NCBI GenBank assembly: GCA_001816585.1
Contig: MHCJ01000003.1
Span: 284,228-348,227 of the forward strand
Origin: Candidatus Chisholmbacteria bacterium RIFCSPHIGHO2_01_FULL_52_32
GTDB lineage: Bacteria > Patescibacteriota > Microgenomatia > UBA1400 > Chisholmbacteraceae
Direction: 5' to 3'
Length of the DNA stretch: 64,000 bases
Within the stretch, counting starts at the first letter, position 1. Each line of letters opens with the position of its first letter. The translations under genes and the position numbers were made by a program. This document shows positions 1 through 9,178 of the stretch, one piece after another. The notes under the pieces are model-generated. The model was not told where the DNA came from. It saw nothing but the letters and a program-made list of their open reading frames with translations, and ran no database searches.

Positions 1-217
1 GGTAAAGCTGGGCGGCCAAGGTTTTATTGTGCGAAATCACCAGCGCGGGCTTACCGAGGTTTGCAATCACGTTTGCCGCGGTGAAGGTTTTTCCGCTCCC
101 GGTTACCCCCAGGAGAACCTGCAGTTTATCCCCTCTTTGCAGGCCACGAGTTAGGGATTCGATCGCATGCGGTTGATCTCCGGTTGGCTTATACGGAGAC
201 TTCAAGTGAAATTCCAT
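1..217 (-). CDS. uvrB: Excinuclease ABC subunit B (5' part; runs off window)
   Basis: Manual translation [19 protein letters not shown]...[17 protein letters not shown]...[12 protein letters not shown], the UvrB N-terminus with Walker A. Confidence 0.95.
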   Translation of the reverse strand, partial: MEFHLKSPYKPTGDQPHAIESLTRGLQRGDKLQVLLGVTGSGKTFTAANVIANLGKPALVISHNKTLAAQLY

Positions 218-267
218 AGCTTTCGGATTATACCGTACCAGTTTCATTTTAATTCAAAAAGTCCTTA

Positions 268-297
268 TTGACAGTCGGGAAATCTTTGGGCTAAGAT
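268..297 (+). promoter_or_regulatory. Sigma70-type promoter of lexA
   Basis: TTGACA (268-273), 18-nt spacer, TAAGAT (292-297). Confidence 0.6.
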
Positions 298-322
298 GAC
301 CCCAATAGAAACATAATATTCA

Positions 323-343
323 CCGAACCCCGCACACGTTCGG
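323..343. promoter_or_regulatory. Candidate LexA operator (CCGAAC-N9-GTTCGG palindrome)
   Basis: Perfect 6-bp inverted repeat between the lexA promoter and SD; partial copy with the same spacing at 206-226 over the uvrB start. Confidence 0.55.
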
Positions 344-356
344 AAAGCAAGGAGGC

Positions 357-977
357 ATGATGCCGGTCACCCTTTACAAGCGTCAACGTCAGATTGTCGA
401 TTTCATTTCCCAGTACATCCAGAAAAACGGTTATTCGCCAACCCTACAGGACATTGCCAGTGCAATAGGAGTTTCATCCCTGGCAACGATCCATGAACAT
501 CTCCAAGCCTTAACAAAAAAAGGTGTTATACGAAAGTACGAAGGGGCGGTGCGCGGAATAGAGCTTTTGGACAGAAAATTGGGTAGGCTTACCCAAGGTC
601 TCGATCTTCCGATCATGGGTTACATCGCTGCCGGGCGGCCGCTTGAGCCATACACCGACCCCAGTGCGGTATTCCGGGTTTCGCCATCCATGGTGACCGG
701 GAAAAAACGCGCATATGTCCTCCAGGTTAAGGGAGAGAGCATGATAGAGGAAGGCATTTTGGATGGAGATTTTGTCGTCATTGAGGATGAAGATGAAGTG
801 CGCGATGGGGATATCGTGGTCGCCCTGCTTGAGAACGGGCTGGCAACACTCAAGAAATACTTTCGAGAGGCAACCCGCATCCGGCTTGAGCCGGCAAACT
901 CCCAGATGAACCCCATCTTTGCGAAGAACGTGCGGATTCAAGGAAAAGTTGTCGGGCTCATCCGTAGATTCAATTGA
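357..977 (+). CDS. lexA: SOS repressor LexA
   Basis: N-terminal wHTH (GYSPTLQDIA), Ala-Gly cleavage site (IAAG), catalytic Ser (GESM) and Lys (TLKK); GGAGG SD. Confidence 0.97.
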   Translation: MMPVTLYKRQRQIVDFISQYIQKNGYSPTLQDIASAIGVSSLATIHEHLQALTKKGVIRKYEGAVRGIELLDRKLGRLTQGLDLPIMGYIAAGRPLEPYTDPSAVFRVSPSMVTGKKRAYVLQVKGESMIEEGILDGDFVVIEDEDEVRDGDIVVALLENGLATLKKYFREATRIRLEPANSQMNPIFAKNVRIQGKVVGLIRRFN

Positions 978-1160
978 TCTCTATCCTCGACACTCCGTCT
1001 ATTCCGCCTTCGCGGAAAACCGAGGCCTCTCAGGCAGCGGATGGATAGTGATTTTTAAAGTCCGGTGATTTCCGCTGCGGCGGATTTCAGCTCTCATTGT
1101 GGTAGGCTTTTCAGTGTTGATATTCAAGATTCCACAGCCTCCGAGGCCGTGGAGCTTCAA
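978..1160 (+). mobile_element. Putative non-autonomous IS200/IS605-type remnant (MITE/PATE-like)
   Basis: Preceded by TTGAT; two related GCCT-NNN-AGGC hairpins; ends in hairpin CCACAGCCTCCGAGGCCGTGG + AGCTTCAA, like an ISDra2-type right end. Confidence 0.45.
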
Positions 1161-1828
1161 TCTTCTTTTTGATTGATACGGCTTCGGTGTATCTGGCTGT
1201 ACTGGTGGATTTTCTTCAGTTTATAGCGAACGTACAAAATGATACCTAAAGCGGACACGAGCGCGAAGGCAAAGTCGAATTTGTGAAACAACGGTCCAAG
1301 GCTGTTCCAATTTTCTCCGAACAGACGACCGACGTGGGCCAGGACTGCACTCCAGACGACGGTTCCAAGGAAAGCATAAAAAACAAATGTCGGGAAATGC
1401 ATCTTTGCAATGCCAGCCGGCAATGAAATAAAGGTGCGGATTACCGGTAGAAGCCTTGAGATAAACGTTACAAATTGCCCGTACTTTCGAAACCACTGTT
1501 CCGCCTCATCGAGCTCGTATTCGTGAACCAGGACATATTTTCCATATTTTCTGATGAGTCCCCGAACAACGGATTCTCCGCCGAAGTAGCCAACGGCGTA
1601 GGCGAGTGCGGAGCCGATCGTGCCGCCAATCCCTGCAGAAAGGACAACCAGCCAAAAGTTAAATCTGCCGGTAGACACGAGATATCCAGAAAAGGGCATG
1701 ATGATTTCGGATGGAAGAGGAATCGACGCGGACTCGATCGCCATGGCTATTGCGACACCGAAGTATCCGAGAGAAGAAATCAACGTTGTAATAAATGTCG
1801 CAAGTGGCGCGATGATTGCATCGATCAT
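1157..1828 (-). CDS. DedA family membrane protein
   Basis: IESASIPLPSE and RLLPVIRTFISLPAG motifs. Confidence 0.93.
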   Translation of the reverse strand: MIDAIIAPLATFITTLISSLGYFGVAIAMAIESASIPLPSEIIMPFSGYLVSTGRFNFWLVVLSAGIGGTIGSALAYAVGYFGGESVVRGLIRKYGKYVLVHEYELDEAEQWFRKYGQFVTFISRLLPVIRTFISLPAGIAKMHFPTFVFYAFLGTVVWSAVLAHVGRLFGENWNSLGPLFHKFDFAFALVSALGIILYVRYKLKKIHQYSQIHRSRINQKED

Positions 1829-1837
1829 AACGGGGCT

Positions 1838-2704
1838 TTAGAGGAATTCTTCTAACGCGGGGGCGAGGTCTATAGACGAAATGGATTGTTCAACCAGAGG
1901 CTTTTCTTTAAGTGCCGTAACCTCTTCATGATAGGCAGGCTTTTCTTCCCGGTAGAAGATGCCGAGGGGGATTTTTTCCTCTTCGAGGGCTTTGGCAAAA
2001 GCCTTGGTTCTGTCGGTCGGAGTATAGCCTTCGTCGTCGAGCTTATAGACCCGCTGTCGGTACCAGTCGTAGGTATTGATGCGGTTGAAGGTAACGCAGG
2101 GTTGAAGAATATCTACCAGGGCAAAACCTTTGTGCTCAACCGCCTGTTTGATGAGACCGGCAGTGTGCGCCATGTCTCCGGAAAACGCACGAGAGACAAA
2201 GGTTGCCCCTGAAGAAATCGCAAGGGCCATCGGGTTGACCCCAATCTCGATCGTTCCTCCCGGGGTTGATTTTGTTTTCGTTCCCTTCGTCGTGGTGGGC
2301 GCGCTTTGACCGGTTGTCAGCCCGTACACCTGATTATTATGGACGATTACCGTGATATCGTGGTTTCCTCTTGCGGCGGCGATAAAATGGCCCATCCCTT
2401 CACCATACGTATCCCCATCCCCTGCCACAATAATGACGGGTAGTGTATGGTTGGTTAATTTAATCGCCGTCGCGTTTGGAATCCCGCGCCCGTGGAGTGC
2501 ATGGAACCCATGGGCGTGGAAAAAGTCAGCCATGTTTCCTGAGCAGCCGATACCGAACACGACGACAAATTGCCAAGGATGAAGGTTTAACGAAACTAAT
2601 GAGTTTTTGAGGGACCCCCAAATTCCGAAGTCACCGCAGCCCGGGCACCAGGTTGGGAATACCGTTGATTGATACTCGGTTTGTTTAGGTGGTTCTTCTG
2701 GCAT
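1838..2704 (-). CDS. 2-oxoacid:ferredoxin oxidoreductase beta subunit
   Basis: WCPGCG, GIGCS, TPP-binding GDGD...NN; start placed at MPEEP. Confidence 0.93.
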   Translation of the reverse strand: MPEEPPKQTEYQSTVFPTWCPGCGDFGIWGSLKNSLVSLNLHPWQFVVVFGIGCSGNMADFFHAHGFHALHGRGIPNATAIKLTNHTLPVIIVAGDGDTYGEGMGHFIAAARGNHDITVIVHNNQVYGLTTGQSAPTTTKGTKTKSTPGGTIEIGVNPMALAISSGATFVSRAFSGDMAHTAGLIKQAVEHKGFALVDILQPCVTFNRINTYDWYRQRVYKLDDEGYTPTDRTKAFAKALEEEKIPLGIFYREEKPAYHEEVTALKEKPLVEQSISSIDLAPALEEFL

Positions 2705-4412
2705 AGTCGGCAATCTCCTCCGGGAAGAATGGGCGGCCGTCGTACTTGAGTAATCGCTCATCGATGACAATTCCGGTCTCTTGCCGCAAAAGCTGACCGA
2801 GTTGTCCGGTGGCGTTGCACTCTACGAGAACCGGTCGCTTGGCGGTTCTTATGAATCCGGTTACTTCTTGAATCGGAAAGGGCCAGACTGCGGAAAGATG
2901 CATAAAATTGAACGTTCGTTTGTCTCCTTCAAGTTTCTTCAGAGCAGACAGGATCGCCCCTTTATTTGAACCCCAGGAAATGAAGGTAAGCTCGGCATCA
3001 GAGGGCCCGAACACCGTCGGTTTCGGAATGAGTGATGCAATCCCCTTTTCTTTGCGGAGGCGTTTTGATACCTGCTTTGCGGTCATGTCACTCTCTTCCG
3101 TTGCGAGGCCATACTCGTTGTGTTCGTAGCTGTTTGCAAGGAACAATGCGTCGGCGTCTCCTGGGAGCGCACGGGGCGAGACCCCTGTATCCGTATCTTT
3201 GTAGCGAAGAAAGGTGGTTCCTTTCTCTTCTTGGTTGGCAAATCCAAAACGCTCGTTGGAAAAGGTTTTAGCAAACGGAGCGCAACTTTGGTGGCTCTCC
3301 AGGAGCTGTTTATCTCCGAGAATAATTACCGGAGTTTGATACTTTTCCGCAATCTCAAAGGCCAGACGGGTGAGCGAAAATGCTTCTTCAACATCCCCGG
3401 GGGTGAGGATGGCTCTGGGAAACTCTCCGTGTCCGGAGCGGAGCACAAACTGAAGGTCTGCTTGAGAAGTCCAAGTCGGAAGACCGGTTGCCGGTGCAGG
3501 CCGCTGGCCCTCGAGGATGACAATCGGAGTCTCCGTCATCCCAGCCAGAGAGACTCCCTCAACCATGAGGGCAAACCCTCCACCGGAAGTCGCAGTCATG
3601 GAGCGGACACCTGCGTAGGAAGCTCCGATTATTTGGTTTATTGCGGAGATTTCGTCTTCGGCATGTTTGACGACGATAGCGTACTTTTCCGCGACTGAAG
3701 CCATGTAATGGAGAAGGGCAGACGTTGGTGTCATCGGGTAGGCAGCGAAGTACTTGCACCCTGAGGAGATCGCACCAAGTCCCACTGCTTCGTTTCCGGA
3801 AAGCACAATTTCCCCCCGATCTTCTCCTTTTTGGAGGCTTATCGTTTCTATCGGTTTAGAATGCTCTTTCGCAAAGGCATATCCGGCTGCGGCCGCATCT
3901 TGGTTCGCTTTTATCACGTCATCGCCTTTCCGCTTGAACACGGAAATAAGGACGTTGTGGAAAGTTTCAAGATCAAGCCCTAAGAGGTAAAGAGAAACGC
4001 CTAAGGCAACGTTGTTCACCATCACTTTGTCTGCCCCTACCTGGCGGGTGATGTCGGCCATCGGTATGTCATAGTGAATGCCCTTGGCTTGAAATTGTTG
4101 TGGGGTAAAGTGGCTTTCTTTTTGATCAAAGATAATCGTTGTCCCCTCGGAGATTTCTGCAAGATGCAGCTTTACGCCGTCTGGATTGAGGGCGATGAGC
4201 AGGTCAACGAGCTTCTCTTGGACATTGGTCTTATCCTTACTAGCCTTGACTTGGATGGTGTTGTGGCCACCACGGATAAGTGACGGATATTCGGTGTAGT
4301 CAAATGCTGACAGTCCATGACGGGCGCAGGTTTTCGAAAGAAGAAGGCCGGTCGTCATAATACCCTGGCCGGCGTAGCCCGCTATTTTCCAGTTAAATTC
4401 AGCTTTCGTCAT
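2685..4412 (-). CDS. 2-oxoacid:ferredoxin oxidoreductase alpha subunit (gamma-alpha fusion)
   Basis: N-terminal GYAGQG gamma domain, YPMTP, EDEI and TSGGG motifs. Confidence 0.93.
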   Translation of the reverse strand: MTKAEFNWKIAGYAGQGIMTTGLLLSKTCARHGLSAFDYTEYPSLIRGGHNTIQVKASKDKTNVQEKLVDLLIALNPDGVKLHLAEISEGTTIIFDQKESHFTPQQFQAKGIHYDIPMADITRQVGADKVMVNNVALGVSLYLLGLDLETFHNVLISVFKRKGDDVIKANQDAAAAGYAFAKEHSKPIETISLQKGEDRGEIVLSGNEAVGLGAISSGCKYFAAYPMTPTSALLHYMASVAEKYAIVVKHAEDEISAINQIIGASYAGVRSMTATSGGGFALMVEGVSLAGMTETPIVILEGQRPAPATGLPTWTSQADLQFVLRSGHGEFPRAILTPGDVEEAFSLTRLAFEIAEKYQTPVIILGDKQLLESHQSCAPFAKTFSNERFGFANQEEKGTTFLRYKDTDTGVSPRALPGDADALFLANSYEHNEYGLATEESDMTAKQVSKRLRKEKGIASLIPKPTVFGPSDAELTFISWGSNKGAILSALKKLEGDKRTFNFMHLSAVWPFPIQEVTGFIRTAKRPVLVECNATGQLGQLLRQETGIVIDERLLKYDGRPFFPEEIADYARRTT

Positions 4413-4414
4413 GG

Positions 4415-6157
4415 CTAAAATTCTTCTAAGGTTGAGGTATCTCCGATAGGCAGTCCAAGTTCTTGGGCTTTAAGAAGCCTACGCATGATCTTTCCGGAAC
4501 GAGTTTTGGGTAGCTTATCGCGGAATTCAATCTCTCGAGGATAGGCGTGCCCTGCGAGATGGCGTTTAATGAAGCTTTGGATATCTTCCTTGAGCATCTC
4601 GGATTGTTTTACCCCGGGCTTCAGGGTAATGAACGCTTTAATGATTTCGCCCCGCAGTGGGTCGGGTTTACCAATCACGCCTGCTTCAGCAATCTTCGGA
4701 TGTTCTACCAAGGCGGATTCGACTTCAAACGGTCCTACCCTTTCTCCTGCGGTTTTAATAACATCGTCCGCGCGACCAACGAACCAGAAATACCCATCTG
4801 TGTCTTTAAAGGCCCGGTCTCCTGAGATATACCAACCTTTCGTGAAATAGCTTTTGTACTTTTTTGGCCTTTTCCAGATAGTCTTCATCATCGATGGCCA
4901 ACCCGGACGAATCGCAAGATTTCCCTCTTTGTTCGCCGCGAGTTCATTCCCCAGATCATCGACGATCGACGCTTCTATTCCAGGCAACGGCTTGCCCATC
5001 GATCCCAACTTAATGTCCATCGATGGGTAATTCGCGATGAGGATTCCACCGGTTTCCGTCTGCCACCAGTTATCGTGAAAGGGGAGGCCGAACGTCTTTA
5101 ATCCCCAGCGGATAGGTTCCGGGTTTAGCGGTTCTCCCACTGAAGCAAGGTGCCGGAGCGATGAGAAATCAAAGTTTTTCGCCGATCTTTCCGGGTCACT
5201 CGCAAGCATACGGATGGCAGTCGGAGCGGTATACCAGACGTTGACGCTGTAATCCTCAATGATTTGATACCACGTCTTTGGTTCGAAACGGCCTGAAAAA
5301 ACAACCGAGGAGGCTCCGTTTGACCAGGATCCCAGAATCTCGTAGGCAATCCCCGTTACCCAGCCCGGATCCGCTGTACACCAGTAGACGTCTTCCTCTT
5401 TGAGGTCAAGCGCCCACTTCGCGCTTAAATGCTCGTGGAGAATAGCCTTATGAACGTGGACTACCCCTTTCGGTTTCCCGGTAGTGCCAGAGGTATAGAG
5501 CATAAAGGCCGGGTCCTCCGGATCCATCATCCGCGTTTCGTAGACCGTGCTTTGTGACGAAAGGAGGTTTGGCAGAGACAGGATTTGCGTCTTTCCTGCT
5601 TTCCGATCTTTTGTCCCGTCAGTCAGGAGGATCGTCGTTAACTCCGGTAAGTTTTTCAGTACCTTCAAAACGCGCGGGAGAAGTTCCGTGTTGGTTAGAA
5701 GAAGTTTTGCGGCGCTGTTTCCCAGGCGATCTTCAATTGCCTGAGGGCCGAAGGCTGAGAACATCGTGCCGGCGATGGCTCCCCTTTTGAGCGTACCGAG
5801 GAATGCGTAGTAAAGCTGGGGAACCCTGGGAAGGAAGATAAATACGCGTTCTTGCTGTCCGATTTCCAGAGCATGGAGAAGATTGGCGAATTGGTTTGAA
5901 ATTTTGAACAAGTCCAAAAAGGTGTATCGTTCTTTCTCGTTTGCTTCGCCTTGCCAGTAGAGGGCAATTTTGTTTTTACGAAAGTTTTGCGCATTTCTGT
6001 CTATCGCACTGTGCGCAGCGTTCAGCTTTCCATTTAAGAATGCAACTTCCTCCCTGGCTTTTGCCCAAGAAAATGTCCTCACCGCTTTCTCGTAATCAGG
6101 GAGATTGGGAACGAACTTGAGGTTTTGTGCGGTTTTCCTGTAGATTTGTACTTTCAT
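4415..6157 (-). CDS. acsA: Acetate--CoA ligase (AMP-forming)
   Basis: YTSGTTGKPKG, WWQTETG, PKTRSGKIMRR. Confidence 0.92.
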   Translation of the reverse strand: MKVQIYRKTAQNLKFVPNLPDYEKAVRTFSWAKAREEVAFLNGKLNAAHSAIDRNAQNFRKNKIALYWQGEANEKERYTFLDLFKISNQFANLLHALEIGQQERVFIFLPRVPQLYYAFLGTLKRGAIAGTMFSAFGPQAIEDRLGNSAAKLLLTNTELLPRVLKVLKNLPELTTILLTDGTKDRKAGKTQILSLPNLLSSQSTVYETRMMDPEDPAFMLYTSGTTGKPKGVVHVHKAILHEHLSAKWALDLKEEDVYWCTADPGWVTGIAYEILGSWSNGASSVVFSGRFEPKTWYQIIEDYSVNVWYTAPTAIRMLASDPERSAKNFDFSSLRHLASVGEPLNPEPIRWGLKTFGLPFHDNWWQTETGGILIANYPSMDIKLGSMGKPLPGIEASIVDDLGNELAANKEGNLAIRPGWPSMMKTIWKRPKKYKSYFTKGWYISGDRAFKDTDGYFWFVGRADDVIKTAGERVGPFEVESALVEHPKIAEAGVIGKPDPLRGEIIKAFITLKPGVKQSEMLKEDIQSFIKRHLAGHAYPREIEFRDKLPKTRSGKIMRRLLKAQELGLPIGDTSTLEEF

Positions 6158-6165
6158 TGCATTGA

Positions 6166-7800
6166 TCAGATGAGCTCCCTCCCTGTCATCATCGGCGGTT
6201 TGGGGATATTTAACAGTTTTAACATAGTTGGTGCGATATCGGCAAGTACGCCGGTTTGCACCATGCTGCCTTTCCCGGTCGATTCTCTGTCAATAAAAAT
6301 GAACGGTACGGGAAACGTCGAGTGTTCCGTGTCTACCTGCCCGGTCTCAGGATTTAAAAGTTCTTCAGCATTCCCGTGATCTGCGGTGATGATCGTTGCC
6401 CCCCCGACGGACATGGCTTTCTGGGCGATCTGCTCCACACATTGATCGACAGTCTCGCAGGCAGCGATGGTTGCCTGCATGTTTCCGGTGTGTGCAACCA
6501 TATCCGGATTTGCAAAGTTGACGATGATGACGTTATAGATACCGGTTGCGATTCGTTCAATGACCGAGTCGGTAATCTCAAGGGCAGACATTTGAGGATC
6601 CAGGTCGTAGGTCGGGACTTTCACCGAAGGAATAATAATACGGTCTTCTCCCGGAAATGGGTCTTCCCTTAGCCCATTGAAATAGTAGGTCACGAAGCGT
6701 TCTTTTTCGGTCTCTGCCACCCTGAGCTGTCGGAGGTTGAAGTCGGCGATTATCCTTCCAAATGGCATCTCCACCGTTTGCGGCGGGTAGGCGATTGATA
6801 CCGGTAGCGCCCGCTCGTACTCTGTCATGGTTACGAAGAGGAGATTTTTGATTCTCTCTCCACGAGTAAACGGAGTGGTTTGAAGCTGCGGGTAGGCCGC
6901 GTGCTTACGAAAGTACTTGATCGCGTAGGGATCGAATGCAGGGCGCTTTTCTGCAGCAGTTTCAAAGTTCGGCAAAACAAAGGCCTTGGTAAGCTGCCTC
7001 GGTCGATCAATGCGAAAATTAAAAAAGATTACCGCATCGTTTTCCCGCACCAGTCTTTTCGGATTGTTGTTTTCATCAACAATCAACGTGGGTTCAATGA
7101 ATTCATCGGTTTTCCCGGCAGTATATGCGGACGTAACCGATTCATTTGCATCACGGGCTTTATGTGCGGCGCCGACGGTTAAGGCTTGGTAGGCTTTCTC
7201 GGTTCGCTCCCAGCGTTGGTCCCTGTCCATCGCATAAAATCGCCCCATGACAGAAGCGATCTCTCCTACACCTATAGTTTGAATTTTCGCCTGAATCTGT
7301 GAAATGTAGGTTAACGCCGAGGTCGGAGGAGAGTCCCTGCCGTCCGTAAAAAGATGAAGCGCAACGTGTTCAAGTCGATGGAGGCTCGCAAAATGGAGCA
7401 GGGCAAACAGGTGCTCGATGTTTGAGTGTACTCCCCCTGCTCCGACAAGGCCCATGAGGTGCAAGGTCGAGTTGTAAGTTTGCACATGCGCCCCGGCAGT
7501 TACGAAAGCCTGGTTTTCGAAAAAGCTGCCATCTGCAATTGACATGTTGATACGCGGTAAATCCTGGTAGACAATTTGCCCCGCACCGATGTTCAGATGG
7601 CCCGTTTCCGTGTTCCCTTCTTCCCCGTGGGGAAGACCCACTGCTTCACCGGAAGCTTCAAGTTTTGTGTGAGGAAAAGCATTCCAGTAACGATCCAGGT
7701 TCGGTGTAATCGCTCTTTCGATAGCATTGCCCGGTCCCGGTGGGGCGATGCCCCAACCGTCGAGGATCAAAAGCACAATGGGTTTCGGGATTGGGCTCAT
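6166..7800 (-). CDS. gpmI: 2,3-bisphosphoglycerate-independent phosphoglycerate mutase
   Basis: ILDGWG, GN(T)ETGH, DGRD, TADHGNAE. Confidence 0.95.
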   Translation of the reverse strand: MSPIPKPIVLLILDGWGIAPPGPGNAIERAITPNLDRYWNAFPHTKLEASGEAVGLPHGEEGNTETGHLNIGAGQIVYQDLPRINMSIADGSFFENQAFVTAGAHVQTYNSTLHLMGLVGAGGVHSNIEHLFALLHFASLHRLEHVALHLFTDGRDSPPTSALTYISQIQAKIQTIGVGEIASVMGRFYAMDRDQRWERTEKAYQALTVGAAHKARDANESVTSAYTAGKTDEFIEPTLIVDENNNPKRLVRENDAVIFFNFRIDRPRQLTKAFVLPNFETAAEKRPAFDPYAIKYFRKHAAYPQLQTTPFTRGERIKNLLFVTMTEYERALPVSIAYPPQTVEMPFGRIIADFNLRQLRVAETEKERFVTYYFNGLREDPFPGEDRIIIPSVKVPTYDLDPQMSALEITDSVIERIATGIYNVIIVNFANPDMVAHTGNMQATIAACETVDQCVEQIAQKAMSVGGATIITADHGNAEELLNPETGQVDTEHSTFPVPFIFIDRESTGKGSMVQTGVLADIAPTMLKLLNIPKPPMMTGRELI

Positions 7801-7821
7801 TGTTTGCTGGGATCTCCCTTG

Positions 7822-9105
7822 TTATGCGTTCGTCTGCGGAGCTTGGGGTTTTGCGGTAAGTTCGCTTTCTATGTCGAGAAGGCGGTTGTATTTTGCGATG
7901 CGCTCACCGCGAGCCGGCGCGCCAAACTTCGTGTAATGCGCGCCAACGCCAACGGCAAAATCAGCGATAAAGTCATCGTTGGTTTCACCCGAGCGATGGG
8001 AAACGACGACTTGCCAACCCGCATTTTTTGCAATTGTAATGACCTCAATTGCCTGTGAGATGGTGCCAATTTGGTTCGGCTTCGCCAAGATTCCCGTACA
8101 GCACTTTTCAGCAATACCTTTCAGGGTTCTTTCTTTATTCGTCGTCAGGAGATCGTCGCCAATAACAACCGTTGAGGTCCCAATTTCCTTGGTCAGGGTT
8201 GTCCAGGAACCCCAATCATCTTCGAATAGCGGATCCTCGAGAGTGTACAGATGGTACTGATCATTGAGGCCTTTGTAATAGTCAATAAATTCTTTTGTAG
8301 AAAAAGGTTCTTTCCGATCCTTGATTTGATACTTCCCTCCCTTGTAGAAATTGGAGGCGGCTACGTCGAGGCCGAGAAAGACATCCTCCCCATATTTATA
8401 CTTCGTCGTCCGAATTGCCTCGAGTATTAGCTCCAGGGCATCAGAATTGTTGTACAAGTTCGGAGCAAATCCGCCCTCGATGCCGACGCTATGGATCGCT
8501 CCGTGTTTGGTGAGGACTTGGTCGATGGCGTGATAGACTTCAACGCCCGTTTGAAGCGCTTGGGAATAGCTCATTCTGGTCGAGGGAATGATATGGAATT
8601 CCTGAAAGTCCAGGTTCCCGGCTCCGTGTTTTCCTCCGTTTATCACGTTGAACGTCGGAGTAGGAAATGTGGGCGGATCTTTGGCCAGACGGTATTTTGC
8701 GAAGAGATACTTATATACCGGTAAATTGTACGCGAGGGCTCCGGCTTTACACAGGGCTGTTGAAACGGAAAGAATGGCGTTGGCGCCCAAGCGCGATTTG
8801 TTTAACGACCCATCGAGATTAACGAGGATCTGATCGACGTCGGTTTGGCGGGTCGGATCTTTTCCGAGAATTGCCGGGCCGATGACTGCGTTTACGTTTG
8901 CAACCGCCTTCAACACCCCTTTGCCGTAGAATCGATTCTGATCGTTGTCCCGAAGCTCAACGGCTTCGTGAGTGCCAGTAGACGTTCCAGCCGGTACTGA
9001 AGCGGTTACCTTGCGCTCGTTGTCAATCGTCAGGGTTGTCTCAATTGTCGGGATTCCCCGGGAATCGAGAATCTCTTTGGCAAGGGTTTGAGTTATCTGT
9101 GCCAC
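7822..9105 (-). CDS. eno: Enolase
   Basis: EILDSRG, INGGKH, DFQEF, SHRSGET. Confidence 0.97.
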   Translation of the reverse strand: MAQITQTLAKEILDSRGIPTIETTLTIDNERKVTASVPAGTSTGTHEAVELRDNDQNRFYGKGVLKAVANVNAVIGPAILGKDPTRQTDVDQILVNLDGSLNKSRLGANAILSVSTALCKAGALAYNLPVYKYLFAKYRLAKDPPTFPTPTFNVINGGKHGAGNLDFQEFHIIPSTRMSYSQALQTGVEVYHAIDQVLTKHGAIHSVGIEGGFAPNLYNNSDALELILEAIRTTKYKYGEDVFLGLDVAASNFYKGGKYQIKDRKEPFSTKEFIDYYKGLNDQYHLYTLEDPLFEDDWGSWTTLTKEIGTSTVVIGDDLLTTNKERTLKGIAEKCCTGILAKPNQIGTISQAIEVITIAKNAGWQVVVSHRSGETNDDFIADFAVGVGAHYTKFGAPARGERIAKYNRLLDIESELTAKPQAPQTNA

Positions 9106-9119
9106 GGGATAATAATAAA

Positions 9120-9154
9120 GAATTAAGAATTATGAATTATGAATTAAGAATTAT
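9120..9154. repeat. Heptamer tandem repeat (GAATTAW x5)
   Basis: gaattaa gaattat gaattat gaattaa gaattat between ppsA and eno. Confidence 0.85.
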
Positions 9155-9178
9155 GACGCATGATAGTTCTGGTTTCAT

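Noticed and set aside
1551-1600. CTGATGA hammerhead-like core on the + strand
   Set aside because: It is antisense within dedA, with no GAAA after the stem and no stems I/III.
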